DNA from: Candidatus Multivoradales bacterium
GTDB lineage: Bacteria > Acidobacteriota > Thermoanaerobaculia > Multivoradales > Multivoraceae
Reading direction: 5' to 3'
DNA: 64,000 bases
Assembly: GCA_965223325.1 (NCBI GenBank)
Contig: CBDCWI010000002.1
Coordinates: 544,001 to 608,000 of the forward strand
A model generated the notes under the pieces. It was given only the letters and a program-made list of their open reading frames with translations, ran no database searches and had not been told where the DNA came from. Within the stretch, counting starts at the first letter, position 1. The number at the start of each line of letters is the position of its first letter. Below, one piece after another: positions 10,124 to 22,900 of this stretch. The translations under genes and the position numbers were made by a program.

Positions 10124-10296
10124 CGGGAAGGTCCTGGGGCGCAAGAAGCGCTGCTGGGGAGGCGATGGACGAAGGGAAAGAGATCCGAAGTGGACAGGCT
10201 GGAGTATAATCGCAACCGCTCGAGCTTTCAAGGTATCTTTTCGCTACTCTCTTCTCGAATCTCGAGTACAAACAGACCTCGACCGAGGCCGCGCAT

Positions 10297-10845
10297 ATGG
10301 TCCAGACCGCCCCCCAGTCCCCTCCCCGATCGATCCGCGAGCCGAAGCCGCCGCGTCGTCGTCTCGACGCTCTCGACCTCGAGATCCTCGACATCCTCCA
10401 GCACGACTCGAGCGTCAGTGCCGCTGAGGTTGCACGACGGGTCGAGCTCTCTCCCGCAGGCCTCCAGAAGCGCATCAAGAAACTCAGCGAGTCGGGAGTC
10501 ATCCGCCGCGAGGTCGCACTGCTCGGGCGCGAGGAGCTCGGCCTCGACCTTCTGTGCTTTGTCCAGGTCGGCCTGGCTCACCACCAACCCGACGCGGTGA
10601 CCGGCTTCCGCCGGGCGGTCGGCACCCTCCCGGCGGTGCTCGAATGCCACCACCTGACCGGTGAATTCGACTACATGCTCAAGATCGTCGCCGCCAACCA
10701 TCGCTCACTGGAGCGCTTTCTGGTCGAGAAGCTCACCCAGATCCCTGGCGTCGACAAAGTGCGAACCTCGATCGTGCTCTCCGAGGTCAAGTCCTCCACC
10801 GCCCTGCCCATGGACGCGGCGCCGCTCGCCAACCACCGGGAGTAG
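10297..10845 (+). CDS. Lrp/AsnC family transcriptional regulator, divergent from the Phe/Tyr operon
   Basis: LDALDLEIL..LQ.D HTH, ECHHLTGEFDYMLKI. Confidence 0.92.
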   Translation: MVQTAPQSPPRSIREPKPPRRRLDALDLEILDILQHDSSVSAAEVARRVELSPAGLQKRIKKLSESGVIRREVALLGREELGLDLLCFVQVGLAHHQPDAVTGFRRAVGTLPAVLECHHLTGEFDYMLKIVAANHRSLERFLVEKLTQIPGVDKVRTSIVLSEVKSSTALPMDAAPLANHRE

Positions 10846-10917
10846 CCGAACAGGGATGAGCGCCGAAGCGTCCGCTGAGTTGCCCTGGAGCCTCGGATAC
10901 AACCCATAGAGGGTTAC

Positions 10918-10979
10918 ATTGACTTATTGACTATTATTGATATCCTTGTTTTCGCCGAAATCTCTTTTTTCGGCGCAAG
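10918..10979 (+). promoter_or_regulatory. AT-rich upstream region of the giant gene: three ATTGAY direct repeats and a hairpin just before the RBS
   Basis: ATTGAC at 10918 and 10926, ATTGAT at 10936; CGCCGAAA (10953-10960) pairs with TTTCGGCG (10968-10975); GAGAGG precedes ATG 10985. Confidence 0.4.
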
Positions 10980-10984
10980 AGAGG

Positions 10985-13900
10985 ATGTCCATGCTCGTCT
11001 ACCCTGCCCAAGTCCAACCTCGACTCTCCCGCGCCGCCGCCGCTCTGCCGCTTGCGCCCCTCGTGCTCCTGACCGCTCTGCTCCTTGCGAGTCCGGCCGC
11101 AGCTCAGCTCACTCTCCCCCACACCGAGGGTTTCGAGAGCGCCAACTCGGCGACCTACACGACAGCTCAGAATCCCGTCCCCGGTCTCACCGGGGTCGAG
11201 TTCAAGAAGACCAACAACGCCCGCCTGCGCACCGCTTATACCAGCGGCATCCGCACGGGCAGCCGCTCGATCACCATGGACAGCTCGAGCGGCTACTCAC
11301 GTGGCGACGTGATCGTCAAGCTCGACCTCTCGAACTACACCGGCGGCTGTTCGAGCGTCTCGATCGACTTCTGGTTCCGCGAGTACGCCGACGAGCCCCA
11401 CAGCACGCAGAGCGCCGGCACCAGCAACCCACCACTGGTCGGAGAAACGACCACCACTCCGGCTGACGCCAACGACTGGGTCTACATCCGCGGCTCGAAC
11501 ACAGACGATTGGGTCCTGGCCTACAACTGGGGCGCCTCGGCATCGTCGACTTTCCAGAAAGTCACTCTCAACGTCGGAACGCTTCTGAGCGGTGCATCAC
11601 CGGCACAGAGCATCTCGAGCACCACCGAGCTCATGTTCCGCTGGTACGACAACTCCGGCGTCACCGGCGATGGTGTCGCCTTCGACGACATTACGGTCAC
11701 CGAAACCAACACCTGTAGCACGCTCTCTGGCCGCGTTGGCATCGACGGCAAGTCGGGCGGCTTCGGCGTGCTCGGTTCATCCGATGCCGAGTTCCCGGCC
11801 TCCGTTCAGCTCGAGCTCCAGGACGGCGTCTGCGCCCCTGCGGTCAACTGCCCGACGACGACCACCAACAGCAGTGGTGCCTATAGCTTTCCCAACCTTC
11901 TGACCGGCACCTACACCATCGACGTTCGTGACACCGACATTCCTCTCGGCTTCGTTCTCGAGCCTGGCACGACCTCGGTCGGCGCCACCGCTGAGCCCAT
12001 GACGTCCATCTCGGTCACCAATCCGACCAACAAGACGATGAACTTCGCCTACGTGCCGACCGCGCCATCCTTGCCCTTGAAGGAAGGCTTCGAGGGCGCC
12101 GGCAATGACACCTATACGGCCTTCACCAATCGGCTGGCTGGCCTCTCGAACGTCTACTTCGGCGACGAAGACGGCACCTCAGTCGGCCGACTGCGCACCG
12201 CGGTCGGTTCGGCCTTCTACCACGGTGGCGATAACGCCGCGACCGTCGACACCACGACCGGGTCAATTGCCGACACCGAGGTCATTCTCTCCTACGACCT
12301 CTCGGCCTTCGACACCGCGACCGACACGGTGATGCTCGAGTTCTGGTGGATGGACCACGCCGACGAGAACAACTGGCCCGAGTTCGTCTCGTTCCGCGCC
12401 TCGTCGAACGCCAACTGGTCGCAGATCTACGATCGGGGCGTGAACTCTCAGGACACCTCCCCTCCAGCCAACATCGCGCCCAACGACGGTATCTGGCAGC
12501 AGGTCACCGTCGACCTGACGGCCAACCACCTCTCGCCGGTCTCGGGGGCACCAAGCAACTTCACCAAGTCATTCCAACTGCGTTTCCACCAGCGGGACAA
12601 CGCACAGACCACCTCGACCACTGGCGGCGACGGCGTCACCTGGGACGACATCTGCATCTACCTGCAGGGAGGCGCCGACTGCTCGGGTTCTGAGATTGGC
12701 AACCGCATTTGGAACGATCTCGACGGCGATGCAGTCGACGATCCGGGGGAACCTGGCATTCCGGGCCTCACCGTCACCCTGCGTGACGACGCCGGCAACC
12801 AACTCGATCAGACCACGACCGACGCCCAGGGCGCCTACAGCTTCATCACCTCGTTGACCGGCACCTTCAGAGTCGTCATCACCCCTCCGGCGGGTGCCAA
12901 CAACACTTCCGATCCCGACGGTGGCATCTGCACCAGCCAGCAGCAGCTCGGCGTTTGCGACCACGAAACCACTCTCACCATTGCCGCTCCCGGCGAGGTC
13001 CACACCGATCGCGACTTCGGCTATCTGTTCACCGGTTCGATCGCCGGTACGGTGCTCGACGATCGAGACGGCGACACGGTGGCCGATCCCGGCGAAGGCG
13101 GAATCGCCGGCCTGACCGTCGAACTGCGCCAGGGAGCGGTCGTCCATCAGGTCACCACCACCGATGCCAACGGCGACTACTCCTTCGTCAGTGTCGGCCC
13201 GGCGACCTGGACCACCGTCATCACCACCGCTCCGGCTGGCGCTACGCCAACCTTCGACCCCGACGACGCCAGCGCTCCGGTTTCGACCGCCCACCAGTCG
13301 GTCTACACCCTGCCGTTCGGCCAACAGAAGTCGGCGTACGATTTCGGCTACCAGTATCAGGGCTCGATCTCGGGTCGCCTTTGGGACGACCAGGACGCCA
13401 ACCAGGTCCAGAACGGCGCCGAGCCCGGAATCGTCGGTGCAACGTTGACGTTGAAGAACGGTGCTGACACCCACCTCATCGTCACCACCGATGCCAACGG
13501 CGACTACTCGTTCACGGCGATTCCAGGCGCAACCTGGGATGTGATCGTCACCCGCCCCCCTGGAGGTCTGGCAACCTTCGATCCCGACGCGACTCTCGAC
13601 AACCAGACGCAGATCGTCCTGGCAGCTGGCGGCACGTCGACCGCACAGAACTTCGGTTACGACATCGCACCGGCGATTGGCGGTCGGGTCTGGAACGACA
13701 CCAACCAGAACGGCATCGTCGATAGTGGCGAAGCCGGCTATGACGGAATCGACCTCGAACTGCGCGACGGCACCTGCACGCCCGGCACCAACTGCCCGGT
13801 CGAAACCACCGCCGGCGGAGGCTTCTACGAGTTCCGCGGCCTCTCCGCCGGGATCGCGTACGTCATTCTCATCGACGAGTGCACGCTACCGATCTCGGGT

Positions 13901-16900
13901 GTTCTCACCACCAGCAACGTGCCCTACAACAGGACCCTGGCAGCCAACGAGATCGTGGGTGACGCGAACTTCGGCTATCGCGCCCAGACCCTGCCGGTCG
14001 TCGAGGGCTTCGAAGGGGCTCTCGATCGGCAGGCGCAGTACACCGCCAACAGCTGTGTGCGCGGCGCACCGGGCTTCGACTTCGCTCACGACAATGTCGG
14101 CCGCCTCCGTCTACAGGCCGGCGAAGACTTCAACACCAGTCATCCGGAAGCCTGGAAGCGGGCACGCTACTACTATCGCAACGGGCTCGCCTCGGCGCTT
14201 CTCGATACCGCCACTGGCGGCCAGGTGTCACAGAACGACTTGACCCTGTCGCTCGACCTCTCCGACCTGGCGCTCGCCTCGGACGAGCTCCTCCTCGACT
14301 ACAGCGTCTTCGATCACAGCGACGAAGGAGCGGCCGGCGATAAGGTCGAGATGCGCGTCGGCACGATGGCCGCCGGTCTGTGGGTGGAAGTCGAAGACTG
14401 GGGCGCGGCTGACCGTAACGAAGTCTGGACTGACGTTGCGAACCTGAACCTCTCGCAGGTTCTGCGTGACTACAACACCGCCAACGGAACCTCCCACGAT
14501 TTCGACTCCGGCTTCCAGGTCCGCTGGCGTCAGGTCGACAACAACCCGGCGACCCAGCCCTCGTGGAGTGACGGGTTGTCGGTCGACGACATCTGGCTGC
14601 GCCTGGGTACAGGCACGGCCCACCTGGGGGGCCAGGTCTGGAAGGATCTCGACAACGACGTCACGCTCGACCCCGGCGAAGGCGCGCCGTGCCTCCTGGT
14701 CGAGCTCTATGACGACACCAACGGTAACGGAGTCCTCGACGGCGTCGAGGGGAACACCGTCCTGCGAACGAGTACCGCGGCCGCCGACGGCTCCTACGAG
14801 TTTCCGGCTCTCGCCGCCGGCGACTACCTGGTCGACATCAACTCCGACTATCTGCCCCACCAGACGAATGTAGTCGGTGCACCCTTTGCTACGACCTTGA
14901 GCGCCGGTCAGCAGGTGACCGCCAGCAACATCGAGCTTTCGGGCCGCGTTGTCCTGCCCTACTCACAGGGCTTCGAAGACGCCACGGATCGGGTCTACTT
15001 CGGCGACACGGATTGCCTCAACGGTCTGCCCGACTTTTCGTTCAGCGAGCCCGACACGCCGACTACGGTCGGCTACGGGCGCGTCAACTTCATTCACTCC
15101 GCTGCCCACGTCAAGACCGGCAACCGCGCCGCAACCCTCGACGGCGGCCCGTTCTCGAGCCTCGACGACGAGGAAGAGCTCATCCTCACCCTCGACATGA
15201 GCAACTACGACATCACCATGCCGGTCACCCTGGACTTCCAGATGATGCCGCACTCGCCGTTCGGCTCATCGTTCATGCAGGAGGCCAAGGTCTTCATCCG
15301 CGGCTCGAAGAGCGACGCCTGGCTCGAGCTCTACGACCTCGAGAACACCCGCACCACAAACGATCAGGGCACCTACAAGCTCTACAGCGCCCTCGACCTG
15401 TCCGACACGCTGTGTACGGGCGCAGGCGCTTCGTCGCCCTGCAACTCTTCCTCCCCGGTGCAAGACTTCAGCAGTTCCTTCCAGATCAAGTGGTGGGGCT
15501 CGCAGGATCTCCATGCCGAGGTGACCTACAACGATCGCCAGGGCGGCTACTCCATCGATGACATCACGATCAATGGTCCTGGCGCCTCAGTCATCGGCGA
15601 CATGATCTACAACGATCTCGACGGCGATTCCACCCGCGATGCCGGCGAGCCGGGTATCCCGGGCCTTTCGGTGCTGGTCAAAGATTCGAACGGCGACATC
15701 GCCGCCACCGACACGACCGCTGCCAACGGCTCATACCAGCTGTCGGTGTCGGGGCTTGGCAACCACACGATCGAAGTCACTCCACCAGCCGGAGCGACCC
15801 CCACCGAAGATCCCGACGGCACGGGCACGCCGAACAAGTCGGTCTACAACGTGCCCTTCCAGGGCTCCTTCACCGACGCGCAGGACTTCGGCTACCAATT
15901 CAGCGGCTCGATCGCCGGCAAAGTCTTCCAGGACGCCAACGGTAACGGCACGCAGAACGGCGTCGAGCCCGACTGGAGCGGTCTTACGGTGGAGCTTCGC
16001 CAGGGCGCTACGACCTATTTCACCACCACTACCAACGGTTCGGGAGCCTACTCCTTTACCGGCCTCAGTCCTGCTACCTGGACGGTGGTCGTTACTCGAC
16101 CTACCGGCACGATTCCAACCGTCGATCCCGATGGCATAGCGACCCCCGACGCCTACGACGTCGCACTCGCCGCATCACAGGCGGTAAGTGGCGCCACCCT
16201 CGGCTATCGCTACAACGGTTCGATCGGCGGCTACCTGTGGAGTGACGACAACCTGGACGGCGTCCAGGATCCCGGTGAGGACCCGCTCGTCGGCCTCGAA
16301 GTCGAGCTCCAGGACGGCGCCAGCAACCCGATCGGGGTCGCCCAGACCTCGGCCACCGGGGCCTACCTCTTCGAGCACCTACCGCCCAACGGCTACATCC
16401 TCCTCGTCGCCCCGCCGCCCGGCTTCCTGCCGACCTGGGACCGCGACGGGTCGCCCGACAACACGACGGCAGTGGCGCTCGGCGCCGGTCAGACTGTTCA
16501 GGACGCCGACTTCGGCTACCAGACGCCGGAACTGGTCGGTACCGTTTACCACGACGTCGATGGCAACGGCTCGTTTGGCGCCGGTGACGTGACTCTCGCC
16601 AACGTCGACCTGACCCTCCTCGGGCCGGGCTGCAACCCTTGCAGCGCGACAACCGACGGTTCAGGCGACTACCGTTTCGCCGGCATCGCGCCGTCGAACT
16701 ACTCGCTCAATGTCGACCTCGACACTGTTGTCCTGTCGGGCCAGCCGAAACCGAAGAACCCGGGCGCCCTGCCGGCCACCATAACGCTCGCTCCGGGTAG
16801 CAACACCCAGAATGTTGGCTTCGAGGCCGAGGACCTCCCCGGTGTGACATGCACCACCGACAACGACTACTACTACGACTTCACCGGCATCCAGAACATG

Positions 16901-19900
16901 ACCTACGGCAGTGGCGCCGGGCCCTTCAGCGGCACGATCATCGGCGCACCGGATTGGAAGTGGGAGACCGAAGATCAGTCGGTCCCCGGCTGGTCGTACA
17001 GCGATGGCCGCATCTTCACCGGCGAAAACGCCATCATCGATCGCGACGGCTCCGATCCGATCCAGGCGATCACCTTGCATTCGCAGGGGTGGGCCAGCAA
17101 GTGGGTGACCCTCCAGCTCGACCTGTCGCCCCTGGGCTCCTCCGACCTTCTACTCGACTTCAGCTGGACCGACCACGGCGACGACGCCACCTGGGATGAC
17201 CGACTCGAGGTGCGCGGCACGACCAGCGACCCGTGGATCCGGGTACAGAACTTCTACCCCGAGCGTAACCCCGACGATCAGTGGATCGACTTCGCAGACA
17301 TCAACCTGGCCAGCTTCCTCGAGGCCAATGGCCAGTCCCCAGGCGCGACCTTCCAGCTCCGTTTCGGCCACCGTGGACAGTATCTCGCGGCTCTCGGCAC
17401 CGGCTACGACGGCACGACGATGGACAACGTCTGTCTGCGCACCGGCAACGTTCCTGATACCGGTGATCTGATCGGCTTCGTCTTCCGCGATTACGACGCC
17501 GACGGTGAACGCGACGATGACGAGGCGCCCTACGCTGGCGTCGAGATCGAGATCACCGGCCCCGGCTGCTCTCCCTGCACGCGCACCACCGACGAAGGCG
17601 GCCGCTATACCTTCGAGGACCTGACGCTGGGAAACTACACGCTCAACGTGACCTCGGTTCCCGGCGGCGGCATCCAGACCAAGGCTCGCCGCGCGCCGAC
17701 CAATGTCGTCGTTCGCGGTGGCATCAGCACGGTTCAGGACTTCGGTTTCCAGTCGACCCTCGCCTTCACCGAAAACACGGTGATGACGGCCAAGTCAAAG
17801 GCGATCTGGTTCGTCGACCCGACCACCGGATCGGCGCGCAAGGCGACCGACACAATCGTCGAGGGGATCAACTCGCTGGCCGCGAACCCCAACAGCTGCC
17901 AGGTCTACTACGGAGTCGACAAGAGCCTCTATCGCTGGGACGTGATCTCGGACACGCACCACCTCATCAGCGATCTGGGCGTCGACTACGCCGGAACCTT
18001 TACCGGCCAGAACCTCGACTCTTCTGGGGCCACCTACTGGCCGCCAACCGACACGCTCTACCTGGGCGCCGAGGGTGGTCCAGCCGGTTCGTTCGATGCC
18101 GAAGGGATCTACAAGATCACCATGGGCTCTGGAGGTACGGCGATCACCAGCCTCACGCGGATCGATATCCAGAACATCGCCGCGACCGATCCCGAGACCC
18201 CGCATTCGCCCGTTGGCGGCTTTGGTGACTTCGTTGCCTTCGACAACGGCAGCGGCGGTGTGCGCCTCTTCGGTTCGACGCAGAACAACAACCCCAAGGA
18301 AATCTATTGGTGGACCTACGACGACGCCTCGGGAGACTACGTCCACCTGCGGACCCTTGGTGGCGGCTCCAAGATGTACCAGCTCGGTCGTACACCGAGC
18401 GGCACGATCTTCTCGGGTCAGTCCTACATCTTGCAACGCATGTCGCCGGTCGACGGCACCCTGCTCGGTGACCCGATCGAGGTTCCGGCCACCTTCCACA
18501 TCAACGACATGACCGGTTTCATCAGCGGCTGCCTGGCACAGATTGGTTCTGCCAAGCGCGTCGTCACGGGCCCCACGAACAACGGAGACGGCACCTGGAC
18601 GGTCGGCTTCCGCGTACGGGTCGAGAACCACGGCGTCTCCAACCTGTTCGACGTCCAGCTCGCCGACACCCTGGATGTCGAGTTCGGCACCCACGTTGTT
18701 GGTGTGCCGGCCGCCCCGGGTCAGTACACCGTATCGGCGGCACCGAACCTTTCCGCCACCAGCGGCGGCGCGGTGCTCACCGCCAACGCCGCTTTCGACG
18801 GCTCGGGTGACCAGAACCTCTTGACCTTGAACGGCGGTGACAGCCTGCCGATCGGCGCGACCGCGGATGTCGACTTCAGCATCCGCTTCTTCCCCGTGAC
18901 CACCAAGTCGGTGTTCTACAACCAGGTGCTGGCGGCCGCCGACACCGCCGAGAACGGCACCACCGAGGGAGAGACCGACGATCTCTCGGACAACGGTGCC
19001 GACCCCGATCCCGGTGACGGCTCGGGTGGCGCGGCCAACGACAACCCCGAGGACTCGGACGAGGACGACCCGACTCCGGTAGCCATCAACACCGGCTATG
19101 ACCTGGCAATGACCTACACGTACGTCTCGGATACGTCCCTCGACGGCATTTCGAACGACGCCCGGGCACGCTCGGGTGATGAGATCACGTTCATGGTGAC
19201 GCTCATCAACCAGGGCACCACCGCGGTGACCAACCCGGTTCTGCGCGCCTATGTCGACTCGTCGTTGTTCGCCAACTTCCGACTCGGCGACAACCCCAAC
19301 GCGGCGACTGGCGGCACGCACTCCATCCCCTACACGTGGGCGGTCTCGGGTGGCCACGGGCTGGTGACTCTCAACGGCTCACTGCCCGGTGGCGGCTCGG
19401 TCACCCTTCCCGTCACCCTGACGTTGACTTCCAACGCGCAGGGCACCAAACGCGCCTACGTCGAGGTCTACTCGGACAACGGCGCCGACGTCGACTCGAC
19501 GCCCGAGAGCGAAGAGCTCAACAACAACGGCGATCCCTTGGTCCTTGGTGTGACCGACGGCACCGGCGGCGATGAGGACGACCACGACGCCTCAGAGTTC
19601 GTCATCCCGGGCGGCGGTATCGGCGACTTCATCTGGCATGACATCAACAACAACGGCTCCCAGAACGGCTCCGAGCCGGGGATTGGTGGCGTGACGGTTC
19701 GCCTCTATCGCGACGACGGGACGACCCCGGGTGTGCTCGATGGCGGCGACACCCTCATCGCCACAACCGTCTCGGACGGCAACGGCGGCTACGCCTTCTT
19801 CGGACTCGAAGAGGCGACCTACATCGTCGATCCAGATGAGACCACCATGTCTCCGGGCTTCAGCCCGAGCTTCGGTGCGACCGGGGTCAGTGGTCCAATC

Positions 19901-22900
19901 GTCCTGGTCGCCGACACGTTCAACGACACGGTCGACTTCGGCTACACCAATGCCGGCTCGAGCGCGATCGGCGACTTCGTCTGGTACGACACCGACGGCG
20001 ACGGCGAGCAGGATCCGGGCGAAATCGGCTTCAAGAACATCGGCGTCGGGGTGACCGGGCCGGGCGGCTACAACCAGGCAACCACGACCGACTCTGCCGG
20101 CCTCTACCTGGTCACCGGTGTGACCCAGAGCGGTACCTACACGGTGACCATCAACACCGCCAGCCTGCCGGCAGGCGTCAACCCCGTGCCGACCAACCAG
20201 CCCTCGGCGAGTGCTCCCCACAACGTGCTCAACCCGCAGGACTACCTGCGCGCCGACTACGGCTTCAACGGCGGCAACCCCGGCACCATCGGCGACCTGG
20301 TCTTCCGTGACCTCGACAACGACGGCGTGCGCGACGTCGGCGAGCCGGGTATAGGCAACGTCACCGTCGACCTGACGGATGGCAGCGGAGTCCACATCGC
20401 CACCACCACCACCGCCGTCGACGGTTCCTACGACTTCTCCGGCGTTTTCCCCGGTACCTACCAGGTTGTCGTCACCGACACCAACGGTGCGCTCTTCGAC
20501 GTGCAGTTGTGTGCCGGCTCGAGCCCGACGGGCAACATCGGCCTACTGGCGGGTCAGGACTACAACGGCGCTGACTTCGGGTACTGCCCGAACGAGGAAG
20601 GCCTGATTGGCGACCTGGTCTTCCATGATCAGGACGGTGACGGGTTCTTCGATCCGGATGAGAGTGGTATCGAGCTCGTCGAGCTCGAACTGTGGCGTGA
20701 CGAGAACAACGACTGCATCCTGCAGGAAGGCTTCGACACGCTACTGCGGACGACCAAGACCGACGAAATCGGCCGCTATCGCTTCCAGGTCCTCGATACT
20801 CCCGAGGACTACCTGGTGCGTCCGATTGTCACTCAACCGGTCCTGGCACCAATGACGCAGACGATCGGCAGCATCGGCTCTGACGAGTACGGTCAGCCCT
20901 CGCCCTACTGTGCCCAGCTGACACTCGCCAGTCCCACGAGGATCGGTGCTGACTTCGGCTTCCGCACCGCCGCCGGCCTCTTGATCTCGGGCACCGTCTT
21001 CAAGGACGCCGAAGCCAACGGTGTCTACGAACCGCAGGTTTCCGACGAGCCGGTACCCAACGCCACCGTGACTCTCTACCGCGACCTCAACAGCAACGGC
21101 GAGATCGACGCCGAGGATCCGCGCTTCGGCCAGGTGATTACACCTGCCAATGGCTACTACGCCTTTACCTCACTGCCGGGCGGCACCAAGTGGATCGTCA
21201 CCTCGCAGGTGACCAACACCGTGGTCTCCGGAGGCGTACAGACCACCCAGACCACGACTGGCGGCAAAGAGCCGGTCGAACTCCAGCCAGTGCGCAACAG
21301 CACCGGTCACGACTTCGGCTACACCACCTCCCCCACCCTCGCCCTGATCACCAGCTTCAAGGCGTATGACGAGGGCGATGTGGTCGTCGAATGGACGACT
21401 TCGAGTGAGCTCGGCACCCTCGGCTTCCAGCTCTATCGCACCAGCGGTGGCGAGTGGGTGCCGGTCGGTGACTACGTCGCTTCGCCGGGTGAGCCTCTCG
21501 GCGCAACCTACCGCGTCGCTGATCCAGGCGCTTCGACATCCGGCATGCTCGAATACGCCCTGGTCGAGGTTGAACCGCGCGGCGGCAGTCGCACCTACGG
21601 CCCGTTCCAGGTCTTCGCCCAGAACGCCGGCCGCTCGGCCGGAACGGCGCTCGGCGCCACGGCGCGGCCGCGCACCGGGATCCACCTCGACCGTCAGCAG
21701 GCACGGCGCGTCGAGGCACGACGTCCGCTCGAAAACCCGAACGAGGTCGGCACCGCCCTCAAGATGACCGTCCTGGGCGGCGGGGTCTACTCGGTGAGTG
21801 CGGCGACGATCGCCGACGGTTTGGGGATTCCGCTGGATCGAGCAGAGGACTGGATTGCTCAGGGTCTGTTCCGCCTTCGCCGCGACCTGCGGGTCGTCGA
21901 CTGGTGGAGCAACGACGGTACGTCCATTCAGTTCTACGCCCCGGAGGCCAATAGCCTCTACACCGCAAACGTCGATGTCTACCTCGAGCAGCTCTCGGGC
22001 CGCACCGCCAGAGCGCAGCTCCTGCAACCGGTCGCTCCCGTCGATGGCAGTACCTTCCTCGCCAATGTGCGCCAGGAAGACGACGTCTTCGGTGCTACCG
22101 CTGCGGCACGCTCGGCGACCGAAGAATTCTGGTTCTGGCGCGTGCTCGGCACGTTCGGCAACTTCCGCTCGACCACCATCGACTTCGATCTGCGGCACCA
22201 CACCGGTGAGGGCCCCGCAAGCGTCGAGGTCTCGGTGTTCGGTGCAACCGACTCGGAACGTTTGATCGACCACAGCTTCAACCTCTTCCTCAACGATCGC
22301 TTGATCGACACGGTGGAATGGAGCGGCGCTGGTCATCGCCAGTTCGCCTTCGATGTCGCGGGCAGTGATCTGCTCGAGTACGGCAACGAGCTTCGAATCG
22401 AGGCCGAGATTCCGACTGGCATCGGAATTGGCGTCTTCTACCTCGACGCCGTCGAGATCACCCACGAACGGGATCTGATGGCCGAAAACGGGCAGCTCGA
22501 GTTCTTCGCTGACGAGCCAGTCTCGACGATCACGGGCTTTGACAGTCAGTCGGTCCAGGTTCTCGACATCACCGACCGCTACCGTCCGATTCGAATCGGC
22601 GGAGCAACGGTCGACTACCAGAACAGCTACCGCGTCACCTTCCCGCCGACGGCTGGACACACCTACCTTGCGACCGAAGCCAGCGCAGTGGAGAACGTCA
22701 CCGCGACACCCATCACGCCACTACAAACGGCGGGTGCCGAGTACGTCGTCGTCGCTCCACGTGAACTCTCCGCGGCGGCAGAACGGCTGGCAGATCTGCG
22801 CCGTGCCCGCGGTCTCACCGCCGAGGTCTACGCAGTCGAAGACATCTACGACGGCCTCTCTGGCGGCATCGAAGATCCAGAGGCCATCCACGGCTTCCTC

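Noticed and set aside
10191-10210. TGGACA...TATAAT as a sigma70 promoter for the Lrp gene
   Set aside because: The spacing is only 8 bp; the TATAAT may be real, but a full promoter cannot be supported.
17795-22660. Long antisense ORFs (17795-19357, 21170-22660; similarly 7649-9067, 38210-39484, 57352-58620)
   Set aside because: Shadow ORFs typical of high-GC coding DNA, opposite well-supported genes, with no motifs.
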